NCBI GenBank assembly: GCA_049840575.1
Contig: JASGKV010000020.1
Span: 121,705-185,704, forward strand
DNA length: 64,000 nucleotides
Reading direction: 5' to 3'
Origin: Pirellulales bacterium
GTDB lineage: Bacteria > Planctomycetota > Planctomycetia > Pirellulales > JALHPA01
Below are positions 1 to 11,060 of the stretch, piece after piece. The translations under genes were made by a program, and so were the position numbers. The notes under the pieces were generated by a model, which was not told where the DNA came from, did not search any database, and worked only from the letters and a program-made list of their open reading frames with translations. The stretch's first letter is position 1, and each line of letters begins with the position of its first letter.

Positions 1-496
1 CGCCCCGGGTTGCGGTCCGCACAGCGGACCCTACGCTCGGAGCAAGTTCGAGGGAGAGAGAAAACAAAATACGTCGCGTGGCGGGGGGCGAAGCGTACTC
101 GCGCAGCCCCCCAGACAAGTTCGGCCTGGAAATACGAACATCAACAAGAAGCCATCGGTCGCGCCGAAGCGATCGACGGAACAAAGCTCGCAACGACGAG
201 TTCCTAAGCGTCCCGGACGTTTTGTCTCGTGCGACGTACGCGCAAAATGACGTGCCGGCGACGTAACCGGCGATGAGTGGGCGAGTTCGGTCGACGGCGG
301 AAAAACCGGCGTCGTCGCTGAATTCGGCACAAGAGTTTCACTCTGGAATTGTCTCGCCTCGCGTCTTGCGCGGCACTTATAATTGGGGTGACTCGCGGAT
401 CGATCGAGGGGAAATCGCGAGTCGCTTGCACGTCCGTTCGGTCCGCCGCACGTGTCGCGGCGTTTTCCGCTCAGTTCGCAACTCGAGGGAGAAGTC

Positions 497-886
497 ATGC
501 AAGTGCGTTTGACGACGGACAACCATATCTCCGGCAGCGAAAAGTTAACTCGGTATATCGAACAAGCGGCCGCGGCCGCGATTCGCGCTTCAACGATCGC
601 GTGACGCGCGTCGAAGTGCATTTAGCCGACGAGAACGGTCACAAATCCGGCGACGCCGATATCCGTTGCAAGGTCGAAGCACGACCGGCCGGACATCAGC
701 CGTTGGTCGTCACGCATCATGTCGCCGAATATGGATTATGCGATCGACGGTGCGCTCGAAAAATTGGAACGCCTGCTCGAACACACGTTCGCCAAGATCG
801 AACATACGAAAGGGCGCATGTCCCTGGCCGGCACGTCGGCCGACGCGCTCTGCGCGGCGATGGCCGTCGAGAGCGACGACGAATAA
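497..886 (+). CDS. HPF/RaiA family ribosome-associated protein (frameshifted in this assembly)
   Basis: ATG at 497 after GGGAGAAG gives MQVRLTTDNHISGSEKL; another frame continues RFNDRVTRVEVHLADENGHKSGDADIRCKVEARPAGHQPLVVTHH, typical of this family. Confidence 0.75.
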
Positions 887-1023
887 AACCGCAGGCGTTG
901 CGCAATGCGCGACGTTTTCCGATCATCCTGAATTTCCTAGAGGATGAAGGCGAACGGCTGAGGGATGAAAGAGGGAGATCTCCTTTTCATCCTTCATCCC
1001 CCACCCTTCATCTTTTTATTTTT

Positions 1024-1623
1024 ATGTCCGAACTCGAAAAAATGCTGGCCGGGTCGATGTACGATCCGCTCGATCCCGAGTTGGCCGCGATGCGCGATCG
1101 CGCGCGCGACCTGTGCCAAGCGCCGAACGCCACGCACGAAGCCGATCGCGACGAGCGGCGGCGCATCCTGCTGACGCTGATCGGCGTAGGCGGCGACGAC
1201 GTGTGGTTGCAGCCGCCGTTCTTTTGCGACTACGGCTCGAACATCGTGCTGGGCAAGAAGTGCTTTTTCAACTTTAACTGCGTGATCCTCGACGTCTGCC
1301 GCGTGACGTTGGGCGACCACGTGTTTTGCGGGCCGGCCGTGCAAATTTATACGGCCACGCACCCGATGGATCATATGCGGCGACGCGTCGAAGAGTTCGG
1401 CAAGCCCGTGACGATCGGGTCCGACGTCTGGATCGGCGGCGGCGCGATCGTCTGCCCCGGCGTGACGATCGGCAGCCGAACGGTCATCGGCGCAGGCAGC
1501 GTGGTGACGTGCGACGTGCCGGACGACGTCTTCGCGGCCGGCAACCCGTGCCGCGTGATAAAAAAGATCGAACAATTTAAGGAAGGTCCTCCCCCGGATC
1601 GTCGTGACGATCCGAGGGCTTGA
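1024..1623 (+). CDS. maa: Sugar (maltose/galactoside) O-acetyltransferase, hexapeptide repeat
   Basis: MSELEKMLAGSMYDPLDPEL...PPFFCDYGSNI...KPVTIGSDVWIGGGAIVCPGVTIG...AAGNPCRVIKKI. Confidence 0.9.
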   Translation: MSELEKMLAGSMYDPLDPELAAMRDRARDLCQAPNATHEADRDERRRILLTLIGVGGDDVWLQPPFFCDYGSNIVLGKKCFFNFNCVILDVCRVTLGDHVFCGPAVQIYTATHPMDHMRRRVEEFGKPVTIGSDVWIGGGAIVCPGVTIGSRTVIGAGSVVTCDVPDDVFAAGNPCRVIKKIEQFKEGPPPDRRDDPRA

Positions 1624-1751
1624 TTCTGGGCGCTGAACGATGTTTGATGGAATTCAGCGCCGTCGCAAGCCCCTCGATGATGATCGGGGGAAACCGGACT
1701 GCGCATTGTATACAACTTATCAACTCATCCTACGAACATTCTCGATCCGCC

Positions 1752-2189
1752 ATGCAAGCTCCTCCGTCGTTTCCGTCGTCGCTCATTCCCTGTCTGTGGT
1801 ATCGCAACGCGCAGCACATGATCGAATGGTTGTCGCGCGTCTTCGGGCTGAGCGTAAAGATGGTCGTGCCCGACGGCCAAGGGGGCGTGGCGCACGCCGA
1901 GCTGACGCACGCCGGCGGGATGATCATGCTGGGAAGCGTGAAAGCCGCCGACGCGAACCCGTACGCGGCCGTGATGGTCATGCCCGACGAGGTCGCCGGC
2001 CGGCAGACGCAAACGATCTACCTGGTGGTCCCCGACGCCGACGCGGTCCACGATCGGGCGGTGGCCAGCGGCGCGGCGATCGTGATTCCGATCAAAGACG
2101 AAGACTACGGCGGCCGCGGCTTCACCTGCCGCGACATCGAAGGCCACGTCTGGAGCGTCGGGACATATGATCCGTGGAAGAGTGTGTGA
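1752..2189 (+). CDS. VOC/glyoxalase/bleomycin-resistance family protein
   Basis: LIPCLWYRNAQHMIEWL...AHAEL...DEDYGGRGFTCRDIEGHVWSVGTYDPW. Confidence 0.88.
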   Translation: MQAPPSFPSSLIPCLWYRNAQHMIEWLSRVFGLSVKMVVPDGQGGVAHAELTHAGGMIMLGSVKAADANPYAAVMVMPDEVAGRQTQTIYLVVPDADAVHDRAVASGAAIVIPIKDEDYGGRGFTCRDIEGHVWSVGTYDPWKSV

Positions 2190-2231
2190 ATTTGTCGCGG
2201 ATAATCAAAGATAAAAACATAGGGCGTTGCT

Positions 2232-2573
2232 TTGAACTTCATTCATCATTTCGGATCGATGGCGATTCTCGATTGCTTGATCGAGGATGCGTCAGGCGTC
2301 ATGCCGCTCTATCGGGAAATCATAGCTCGAACCGCCTTTTATCCGGAAATCGATCCGTTATTCGTTCTCCTGAAAATGATGTGCGACGAAGGATTGTTGA
2401 TCGCTCACTACCCGCCTGATATCACCATTGACGAAGCGATCGGTCGTTACAAGCTTATCTTGCCGAACGCGACGCTTGCGGAGATGTCTGCTGACGCTTT
2501 AGGAGTTGTATTTCTTCCTACGAATTTGGGTTGCGCAGAACACGATAAATGGCGGAATCGGTTCATTGGCTGA
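2232..2573 (+). CDS. Hypothetical protein (lower GC)
   Basis: 113-aa ORF filling the gap between the VOC and dus genes; no recognisable motif; start may be ATG at 2259. Confidence 0.45.
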   Translation: MNFIHHFGSMAILDCLIEDASGVMPLYREIIARTAFYPEIDPLFVLLKMMCDEGLLIAHYPPDITIDEAIGRYKLILPNATLAEMSADALGVVFLPTNLGCAEHDKWRNRFIG

Positions 2574-2654
2574 TTTCACATCGTAAGAGTTCAGTCGGCA
2601 TCGTGCGACTGCTTGAGTCATCTAACGGTTACGCTTCGTTTGAGTTAGAATCCA

Positions 2655-3724
2655 ATGATGCTCGCCGCTCCCGCCTACACGCCGCTGCGCATCGCCGACA
2701 TCGAAATCGGTCTGCCCGTCGTGCAGGCCGCGCTCTCGGGCTATTCGGATTGGGCGATGCGGATCCTGGCGCGGCGGATGGGGGCGCCGTACACGTTGTG
2801 CGAGGTGATGCTCGATCAGTTTTTGATCGGACACTCGCACTTCAAGAAAAACGCCTCGCGCGTGAAGGTCACGCCCGACGAATTTCCCGTCGGCGGGCAA
2901 CTGATGGGGGCCGATCCCGAGGACTTCGGGCCGGCCGCGCAACGCCTGATCGCGCTCGGCTTCACGATCATCGACATCAACTTCGGTTGCCCGGTCCGCA
3001 AGGTCGTGGGGCGTTGCCGGGGCGGGTACCACTTGAGCCAGCCCGACGTGGTGCTCGAGATCGTCGACCGCGTCCGCGCGGCCTGCCCGCCCGAGGTCCC
3101 CGTCACGTTGAAGATGCGGCGCGGGATCGACGACACGGCCGAGGCGCGCGACAAGTTTTACACGATCCTCGACGGCGCGTTCGCCCGCGGCGCGGCCGCG
3201 ATCACCGTTCATGGGCGGACCGTCAAGCAGGGCTACATCGGCCCGAGTCGTTGGGAGTTTTTGACCGAAGTGAAACGCCACGTCGCGCGAAGACTATCCT
3301 TGGCAGCGGCGACCTGTTTACGCCCGAGGCGTGCGTGGCGATGCTCCGCGAGACCGGCATCGACGGTCTGACCGCCGTGCGCGGCGCGATCGGCAACCCG
3401 TGGATTTTCAAGAACACGCAGGCGTTGCTGGAAGGCCGCCCGTTGCCCGACCCGCCGTCGTTGTTCGAACAGGCGCGGTCATCGAAGAGCATTATGCGTT
3501 GTCGAACGAACTGTACGGCGAAGAGTTGAGCACGCGGATGATGCGCGAAATTCGGCATCAAGTATTCGCGACTGCATCCCGATCCGGTCACCGTCCGCGA
3601 CGCGTTCATCAACACCCGCGGCGGCGACAACGTGCGTCAGGTGCTGGACCGCTGGTACGCCGAAGACCTCCCGGGCCGCCACCCGACCAGCGACGAAGCG
3701 GACGAAGTGACGGAGTGCGGGTGA
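2655..3724 (+). CDS. dusB: tRNA-dihydrouridine synthase (DusB-like), frameshifted
   Basis: QAALSGYSDWAMR, GGQLMGADP, IDINFGCPVRKV, VTLKMRRG, ITVHGRT, then GSGDLFT...RGAIGNPWIF in the next frame. Confidence 0.88.
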
Positions 3725-3787
3725 GAGCTGATGGGTGCGAAGAAGCAAGCGTGAAGCGAAAGCACCAAGCCCGACGATGCCGCAATG

Positions 3788-4008
3788 TCTTCACCCTGAA
3801 AGGGTGACATACCATAGCCCAGGGTGAAGGTGCAGCCGCAACCCTGGGTATCTCCATCAAGAGAAATCGGTTGCCCCGGAGGGGCTACACAACTGTTCGC
3901 CGAATGTAGCCCCTCCGGGGCAACCGAATCATCCGCCGACGGAGGACCCAGGGTGCGCCGCTGCGCGACGACCCCGGGCTATGGAATGTCATCCTTACAG
4001 GATGAAGA
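3788..4008. repeat. Nested palindromic REP/MITE-like element between convergent genes
   Basis: Imperfect terminal inverted arms TCTTCACCCTGAAAGGGTGACATACCATAGCCCAGGGT / ACCCCGGGCTATGGAATGTCATCCTTACAGGATGAAGA, with inner pair GCCCCGGAGGGGCTACA / TGTAGCCCCTCCGGGGC. Confidence 0.75.
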
Positions 4009-4064
4009 ATACGAACTCCGAACAACAGCGCGGTGATTCGTCGGATCCGGTTTTCTTAATTTCC

Positions 4065-5779
4065 TCACGCCGTTTCCGCTTCCTTCAACCCCAACTCCTC
4101 GCGCATCAGCTCGCGGATTTTGTACTTTTGAATTTTTCCGGTCACCGTTTGTGGGAACGCGTCGACGAATTTGACGTACCGCGGGACTTTATAGCGAGCC
4201 AACTTCGCGCGGCAGTAGTCTTGGATCGCTTCGCAGGTCGGCGCGTCGCATGACGCCGTGCCGGCTTTTAGGCGGATCCAGGCGCACAGCTCTTCGCCGT
4301 ATTTGTGATCCGGCACGCCGACGACGGCCGCTTGTTCGATCGCGGGATGCGTGAAGAGGAACTCTTCGATCTCGCGCGGGTAGATGTTTTCGCCGCCGCG
4401 GATGACCATGTCCTTGATCCGCCCGGTGATTTTGAAATAGCCGTCCGGCGTGCGAACCGCCAGGTCGCCGGTGTGCAGCCACCCGTCGGCGTCGATCGCT
4501 TCGGCGGTCGCCTCGGGCTGATGGTAGTAGCCCAGCATCACGCAGTGGCCGCGGGCGCACAGCTCGCCCTGCTCGCCGTCGGGCAGTTCGCGTTTGGTTT
4601 CGGGATCGACGATTTTCACTTCGACGCCCGGCAACGCGCAGACCGACCGTTTCGACGCGCAGCTCCAATGGGTCGTCGAACCGCGTCTGCGTGATCAGCG
4701 GGCTGGCTTCGGTTTGGCCGTAGCCGATCGTCAGTTCGGGGCAATGCATTTCGCCGGTCACCGCGCACATCGTTTCGATCGGGCACGGGCTGCCGGCCAT
4801 GATGCCGGTGCGGAGGGAACTGAGATCGCGGAACGGTCGGTTCTCGTCGTGCAGTTGCGCGATGAACATCGTCGGCACGCCGTACAGCGACGTGCAGCGT
4901 TCGCTTTCGATCGCGGCCAACGTCGCGGCGGCGTCGAACGATTCGGCCGGGATGACCATCGCCGCGCCGTGCACGATCGCGCTCAGCGTCCCCAGCACGC
5001 AACCGAAGCAATGGTAAAACGGCACCGGAATGCAAATCCGATCGCGTTCCGTGTACCGCAGGCATTGCCCGCTTAAGAAGACGTTGTACAGCAAGTTACG
5101 ATGGCTCAGCACGGCGGCCTTCGGAAAGCCGGTGGTGCCGCTGGTGTATTGGATGTTGATCGCATGCGTCGGATCGAGAGTGCGGCCGGCTTCATCCAGC
5201 TTCTCCTGCGAGACCGCGCGGCCGGCGTCCAAGAACTTCCGCCACGTCGCGATGCCGCGCGGGCCGGCACCGCGCATGGCGACGACCGAACGCAACTGCG
5301 GAAACTTTTCGCTCATCCACTCGCCCGGCGGTTGCTCGCGCAGCTCGGGGCAAACCTCTTGCAACATCTCGAAGTAGTTCGATTTTTTATAGCCGTCGAT
5401 CAAGAACAACGCGCAGGGCGTCGGACTGACGCAGCACGTATTCCAACTCGAAAGGACGATACGCCGGATTGATGGTCACCAGCACGACGCCGATCTTGGC
5501 CGACGCGAATTGCAGCAACGCCCATTGCGGGACGTTGGTCGCCCAGACGGCCATGTGTTCCCCGGGCGCAGACCGATGGCCCACAACCCGCGGGCGGTCT
5601 CGTCGACGCGCGGCGAATTCGGCCCAGGTCCATTTGAGGCCCAGTTGCGGAAAGACCAACGCGTCGTGCGACGCGACGCGCACGACCGTGGCGTCGAACG
5701 CTTGGCCGATGGTCAGACCTTCGATCCAGGGGACCGTCTCGAGTCGCGTATCGAACGAGGCCATGTTGTCGCGCGGCAT
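4065..5779 (-). CDS. AMP-binding acyl-CoA synthetase (fatty-acid-CoA ligase), frameshifted
   Basis: INIQYTSGTTGFPK, YGQTEASP, GWLHTGDL, GRIKDMVIRGGENIYPREIEE, TVTGKIQK spread over three frames. Confidence 0.9.
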
Positions 5780-6226
5780 GTCGCTTCCCCGGTGTGTGAC
5801 GATCGCGTTCGCCGGCAATCGGGCGAACGTCGCGCAAAGACCCTCGAACCTGACCTGATCGCAAGCCGCGATCCGTCCGTCGTCCGCTAGCAAGCTCCCC
5901 AGCCGCTAGGAAACGTCCTCGATCCCTTGCCGAAAATTATTCGTCAAACCGTAAGCCCGGACAACACGCGAAGTCGTCGCGATACGAAAAGTCGCGCACA
6001 TCGAGCGAATTCGCTCGTGAAAAGCGTCACGAAGACGAAAAAACTGCCGGCATTTCGAGATGAGCGTGCCGGCAATATGCATGCAGAGCGTGTGAGAACG
6101 CGAAGAAGTTCCCCGCGATGAACATCGCGGGGCTTGAGTCGGTGCTGAACTACGCGAAGCGATCTTCACCGCAGACCGAAGCCTGCGGATCGTCCGATCC
6201 GCTGGAACGTCGCGCTCGTGAAAGAC

Positions 6227-7236
6227 CTACTTCGCCGCCAACTGGCCGTTCAACCGTCCGCTGCGGAACGCTTCGGCCATCGCTTGCGGGACTTGCGCTT
6301 CGGCCAGGATCAGCTTCGCGCGGTTCTCGGACGACCGAGCTTTCATCTCTTGCTCGAACGCGATCGCCATCGCGCGGCGGCTTTCGGCGTCGGCGCGGCC
6401 GACGCGGGTGTCGGCCTCGGCTTGGTCGACTTGCAGGCGGGCGCCGATGTTTTCGCCCAGTTGCAGTTCGGCGATGTTGATCGAGACGATCTCGAACGCC
6501 GTCTGCGCGTCGAGGCCGCGCGCCAACACCGCGCGAGATCAAGTCCGGATTTTCGAGCACCACCTTATGCGTCGCGGCCGAGCCGATGGCCGTGATGATC
6601 CCTTCGCCGACCCGGGCGATGATCGTGTCTTCGGTCGCGCCGCCGATCAACTGTTGAATATTGGTCCGCACGGTCACCAACGATTTGACCGTCAGTTCGA
6701 CGCCGTCCTTGGCCACGGCCGACAACATCGAGCGGCGGCTGGTCGCCGGATCGGGACACGTGATGACCTTCGGATTGACGCTGGTCTGTACCGCGTCCAA
6801 CACGTCGCGGCCGGCCAAGTCGATCGCCGCGGCGCGGTCGAAATCGAGATCGATCCCCGCGGTGCGCGGCGATGATCGCCTTGACCACGCGCAGCACGTC
6901 GCCGCCGGCCAAGTAATGCGCTTCCAACCGCCGCGTGGTGATCGGCGAATTCGGGTCGTTGCCGATACCGGCCTGCATGGCCATGATCTTCGATTGCACG
7001 ATCGTCCGCGCGTTGACTTGCCGCAAGCTCATCGCGATCAGGTCGAACATGCCGACCTTCGCGCTCGACATGTAGGCCTGAAACCACAGGTTCCCGTAGA
7101 AGAGAATCACCATGAACAGGACCAAGCCCAGCACGACGACGACGATCCCGCCCACCGTCCACCAGACGGCTTCCGAACTCAATTGCGCGAACAGATGCAT
7201 GTCGGCGAGGAGCGGCGCTGCGAACGGTACGGACAT
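6227..7236 (-). CDS. floA: Flotillin-like protein FloA (YqfA/UPF0365), frameshifted
   Basis: N-terminal TM helix, [70 protein letters not shown]. Confidence 0.88.
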
Positions 7237-7458
7237 AGACGCGATCGATGACGAAAATACGTGGGAAACCGGCCGTCGCGCGCGGGGCGTGCGATCGGCT
7301 TCTCTATAGTAACGAGCGGCGCAGAGCGTCCGCAAGTTGCGGGGACCGCGGTCCCCTTGCGGGCGAAAACCGTGCGACCTAGACTGAACGCCGTCCCGCC
7401 CCGCCGTTTTCGGCCGTGAAATCCCGACGTTTTCGTCGTACGACACGGCCTCTCCGCG

Positions 7459-8316
7459 ATGTTCCGTTGGCCCGATCCGTCGTCTCGCCGCCTCCGTGGG
7501 CTGGCGGCGAGCGCGGTCTTGCTGGCCTATGTGTTGCTGGCGACCGGCGTCGCGCTCCCCCTGCCGGTCTCGGCGCGCATCGCGAACGGCAAGGACCGCT
7601 CGACCCCGTTTCCCTGTATGGACAAAGCGTGCGGCTGCATGAACGCGGCTCAATGCTTTCAGGGCTGCTGCTGTTCAACGCGCGAAGAACGCGTCGCCTG
7701 GTTCGCCGAACACGCGATCGACACGACCGCCTGGGCGACCGCGACGGACGCGAACTCGACGACGATCTGCGAAGACGCCCCGGACGTGGCGTGCGCCGCG
7801 CACGGATCGTGTTGCGAGCGGCCGGCAACCAAGTCGTGCTGCGAAACATCCGGCGTCGCACGGGCTAAGGTCGAGTCGTGCTGTGCGAAAGAGCAGGTCA
7901 CGGTCGGGACGTCTTGCTGTGGGCAACCATCGACACCAGCGAAATCGCCCGCCGCGCAGTGGGATTCCGCCGGCGTGTGCGGCGTCGAACCTCATGTGAT
8001 GAAGACCGTTCGTCCACCGGCGAACGCGGCATGCTGCGCCGCGCGAGAGACAACGAAGAAAAGTTGCTGCGACCCGTCCGCGAAAACGGCGGAGAACGAC
8101 CATGAGCCGGCCGTCAAATGGACCGGCGTCTCGTTGTCGGCGTTGATGCGGTGTCGCGGCGCTGCGAAGACCTTTCTCGACGTGCCGGTCTCGATCCCCT
8201 GTTCGCTGGACTTGCCGCAACTCGCGCCGATCGCGGTCGTCGGCACGGTCGCGCAGCTTGATCCTCTCTACGACGCTCCGGCCTTCTTGCCGGACGGCCC
8301 GCCGCCGCGCGGTTAG
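7459..8316 (+). CDS. Cysteine-rich exported protein, C-terminal PPPR
   Basis: Hydrophobic N-terminus; PFPCMDKACGCMNAAQCFQGCCC followed by repeated (S)CC motifs; ends PDGPPPRG. Confidence 0.7.
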   Translation: MFRWPDPSSRRLRGLAASAVLLAYVLLATGVALPLPVSARIANGKDRSTPFPCMDKACGCMNAAQCFQGCCCSTREERVAWFAEHAIDTTAWATATDANSTTICEDAPDVACAAHGSCCERPATKSCCETSGVARAKVESCCAKEQVTVGTSCCGQPSTPAKSPAAQWDSAGVCGVEPHVMKTVRPPANAACCAARETTKKSCCDPSAKTAENDHEPAVKWTGVSLSALMRCRGAAKTFLDVPVSIPCSLDLPQLAPIAVVGTVAQLDPLYDAPAFLPDGPPPRG

Positions 8317-8555
8317 CGTTCTCGTTCGCTCGTGCGCTGCGTGACGCGAGGCGGCTGCATGCCTTCCGCGTACGCTCGTGTGGCGCTCTCTGGTCAACCT
8401 TCGCGCAGGTCGCCACTTGCGCGCTCCGTCGTCGTCCGTCACCCGCTCGAGTCGCGTTCCGCGCGGCTGCGCACGCGGTTCGTCGACGGCGTTTCGTTCG
8501 CGCGTCTTAAACGACTCGCGGCTTTCCTATCGAGAACCATTTTCGGACAACTTCC

Positions 8556-9325
8556 ATGCGTTACGCATATGCGTTTTTCGTGCTCGCCCTCGCCACGTCG
8601 GCGTCGGCTCATGACACTTGGGTGCAGCCCAACACCGCCGTCGCGCGGACCGGCGACGCGGTCTACGTCGACCTCAACTTGGGCAATCACGGCAATGGTC
8701 ACCGCGATTTCAAGCTCTCGGGCAAGATCGATCTGACCAAGTGCACGCTCGGCGTGCGCGACCCGGCGGGCAAACTGATCGACCTGTTGCCGGCGACCAT
8801 CGACCGCGGCTACGCGGTGCGCGAGGGTTATTGGCAGGCCAAATTCGTCCCCGCCGCGGCGGGCTTGTATCGCGTCGAACACACCGTCGACACGTTGCAC
8901 GCCACGACGCACGCGATCAAAAGCGGCAAGACGTTCGTCCGCGTCGCCGACAAGCTCGACGCGCCGGCCGGCAAGTCGCCCGGCGATTCGGCGATCGGGC
9001 ATCCGTTGGAATTCGTGTTGGAGAGCGATCCGTACGCGCTCGCGCGGGACGTCCGTTCGGCGCGCGGTTGCTGTTCAAAGGCAAGCCGCACGCCGGGGCC
9101 GTGGTGTCGTGCGTTCCGCGCGGCGGCCAGTTGACCGAAGACTTCGATCCCCAACACGAGGCCAAGACCGACGCCGACGGTCGCGTGACGTTCACGCCCA
9201 AAGACGGCAACCCGCTGTTGTTGGTCACGCACGTGAAGACCGACGAGAAGGGGACGAACTTCGACGACACGTCCTACGCGGCGACGCTGACGCTGATCGT
9301 ACCTGAGAAGGGAGCGGCCGAATGA
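8556..9325 (+). CDS. DUF4198 domain protein (Ni/Co uptake-associated periplasmic protein), frameshifted
   Basis: Signal peptide ending [48 protein letters not shown]. Confidence 0.8.
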
Positions 9326-10311
9326 CTCGCATCCCCATCGCTTCGCGCGCACGCCGCGCGTTCACGTTGGTCGAGTTGCTGGTGGTGATCGCCATCATCG
9401 GCATCTTGGTCGCGTTGTTGTTGCCGGCGATTCAAGCCGCCCGGGGCGCGGCCCTGCGCAATCAATGCCTGAACAACATTCGCCAAGTCGGGTTGGCCGC
9501 GCAGAATCACGTCGATGCGCGAAAGTGTCTGCCCGGGATCGGCATTCCGACGACGAACGCCGGAACCGGCAGCAGTTGGGCGTTTTCCGCGCACGCGCAC
9601 TTGTTGCCGTACATGGAAGACGCCGCGCTGCACAAGCTGATCGACATGACCAAGACGTTGACCGTGGGCAGCGGCGGATCGCAGACGTTCAATCCCGAGC
9701 AAGCGATTCCGGTCAAAACGGTCGTCTCGATGTTTCTCTGTCCGTCCGATAGCCAGGAGGTCGTGCAAACGATCTCCAACGGCGTCGCCGCCGGCGGGAA
9801 CGTGATGTTGAACATGGGAACCGGCACGCCGACCTACGCGTTCACCGCCAAGCTCGACGGCGTGATTTGGTACGGTTCGAATCTGCCGCTGAAGAAGATT
9901 CTCGACGGCACGTCGAAAACGCTGTTCGCGTCCGAGGCGATCCGCGGCGACGCGCAAACGATCGACGCGGCGACGCCGACGGATCCCGTCCGTCAGCACG
10001 TCAGTTTCGGCGGAACCGGCACGGTCACCGACACGATGTGCGCCGTGCCGACCCGCTGGATGGGGACCCGGGCGACGTCGTGGATTTGGGGCCGCGAGTT
10101 CAACATCGGCTTCAACACGTACTACGGGCCGAACGGCGCGAAACCGGATTGCGGCCTCAGCGGCGCGGGCTTTTACGGCGCGCGCAGCTTGCACGCCGCG
10201 GGCGTGAACGCCGGCATGATCGACGGAAGCGCGACGTTCGTCACGGACGACGTCGACTTGACGGTCTGGCGAGCGATGTCGACTCGGGCGGGAGGAGAAA
10301 CCGCACAGTAG
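9322..10311 (+). CDS. DUF1559 family prepilin-type N-methylation protein
   Basis: [31 protein letters not shown]...[11 protein letters not shown]...FLCPSD...[21 protein letters not shown]; ATGA overlap with upstream gene. Confidence 0.93.
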   Translation: MTRIPIASRARRAFTLVELLVVIAIIGILVALLLPAIQAARGAALRNQCLNNIRQVGLAAQNHVDARKCLPGIGIPTTNAGTGSSWAFSAHAHLLPYMEDAALHKLIDMTKTLTVGSGGSQTFNPEQAIPVKTVVSMFLCPSDSQEVVQTISNGVAAGGNVMLNMGTGTPTYAFTAKLDGVIWYGSNLPLKKILDGTSKTLFASEAIRGDAQTIDAATPTDPVRQHVSFGGTGTVTDTMCAVPTRWMGTRATSWIWGREFNIGFNTYYGPNGAKPDCGLSGAGFYGARSLHAAGVNAGMIDGSATFVTDDVDLTVWRAMSTRAGGETAQ

Positions 10312-10341
10312 AATGATGGTCAAGACGGTCGGTCAGTGAGA

Positions 10342-10394
10342 CCCGGCGTCGTCGCGTGCGATCCCCATCCGCGCGGCGTCGCCGGGATTTTTTT
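10342..10394 (+). terminator. Intrinsic terminator after DUF1559 gene
   Basis: CCCGGCG...CGCCGGG stem followed by a T7 run. Confidence 0.6.
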
Positions 10395-10488
10395 GGTTTT
10401 TCTCGGAACCGAACCGTTGACCGGCACGTTTCGTAATGGTATACATAATATCAGTTAATTTCCGGCTTTGCGGAGCATTCACATCACC

Positions 10489-10875
10489 GAGCGGGGGACG
10501 TGAGTCCCCTAGTTACTTCCGACCGACGTCGGCGAGCTCCAGCTCAGGGGACTGACGTCCCCCGCTCGGAAAAAACGAAAATCCCACGCTTCGAAACGAT
10601 CGTTTCGCTCGTAACGCTCGTTTCTTCACACTGGGGCGTTTGGCGACGATTCGCTCGGTTCGGACCGGACATACTCACCGCACGCAGCGTTACGGAACAA
10701 GAAAAACACAGCGATCACTCACTCGTAACGCTCGTAACGCTCGTTTCGCTCGCGCAGTGAAGATAGGAAAGATGTGCGTCGTTCGGCTCGCTGCGCTCGT
10801 CCGCGAGTAACACTCGCGGCTTTGCTGAAATGCGAATCCGCGATCGTTTCGCTCGTAACGCTGCGCAGGGAAGCT
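10489..10875. repeat. Composite intergenic repeat, copy 1 (REP-like hairpin plus CGCTCGTAA/CGCTCGTTT 9-mer arrays)
   Basis: GAGCGGGGGACGTGAGTCCCCT...AGGGGACTGACGTCCCCCGCTCGGAAAAAA, then CGAAACGATCGTTTCGCTCGTAACGCTCG and CGCTCGCGCAGTGAAGATAGG; related copy at 61794-62123. Confidence 0.75.
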
Positions 10876-10981
10876 GGGAAAGCCCCGTCGACGGAGACGC
10901 GATCGGCACAGAGAATACAGAGCCGGGAACCCTCCCGTTGTCGAAAGAGATAGAATAACTCGGCGATCGCTCGGGACGATT

Positions 10982-10997
10982 TGTTTCACGTGAAACA
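10982..10997. promoter_or_regulatory. parS: parS chromosome partitioning site
   Basis: Perfect palindrome TGTTTCACGTGAAACA matching the ParB/Spo0J consensus, intergenic. Confidence 0.88.
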
Positions 10998-11060
10998 CTC
11001 GCCTGCCCGAGTCGTCGAATACCGTTCACTTTTCTTCACGATTCCTCCATTTCGAAACCC

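Noticed and set aside
940-1020. GATGAA/TTCATCC short repeats, and the 424-aa fused ORF 349-1623
   Set aside because: These are common intergenic heptamer-type inverted repeats; the fusion is a frameshift artefact joining hpf and the acetyltransferase.
10590-10875. CGCTCGTAA repeats as a CRISPR array
   Set aside because: Units are 9-mers in irregular clusters with non-uniform spacing, and there are no cas genes in the window.
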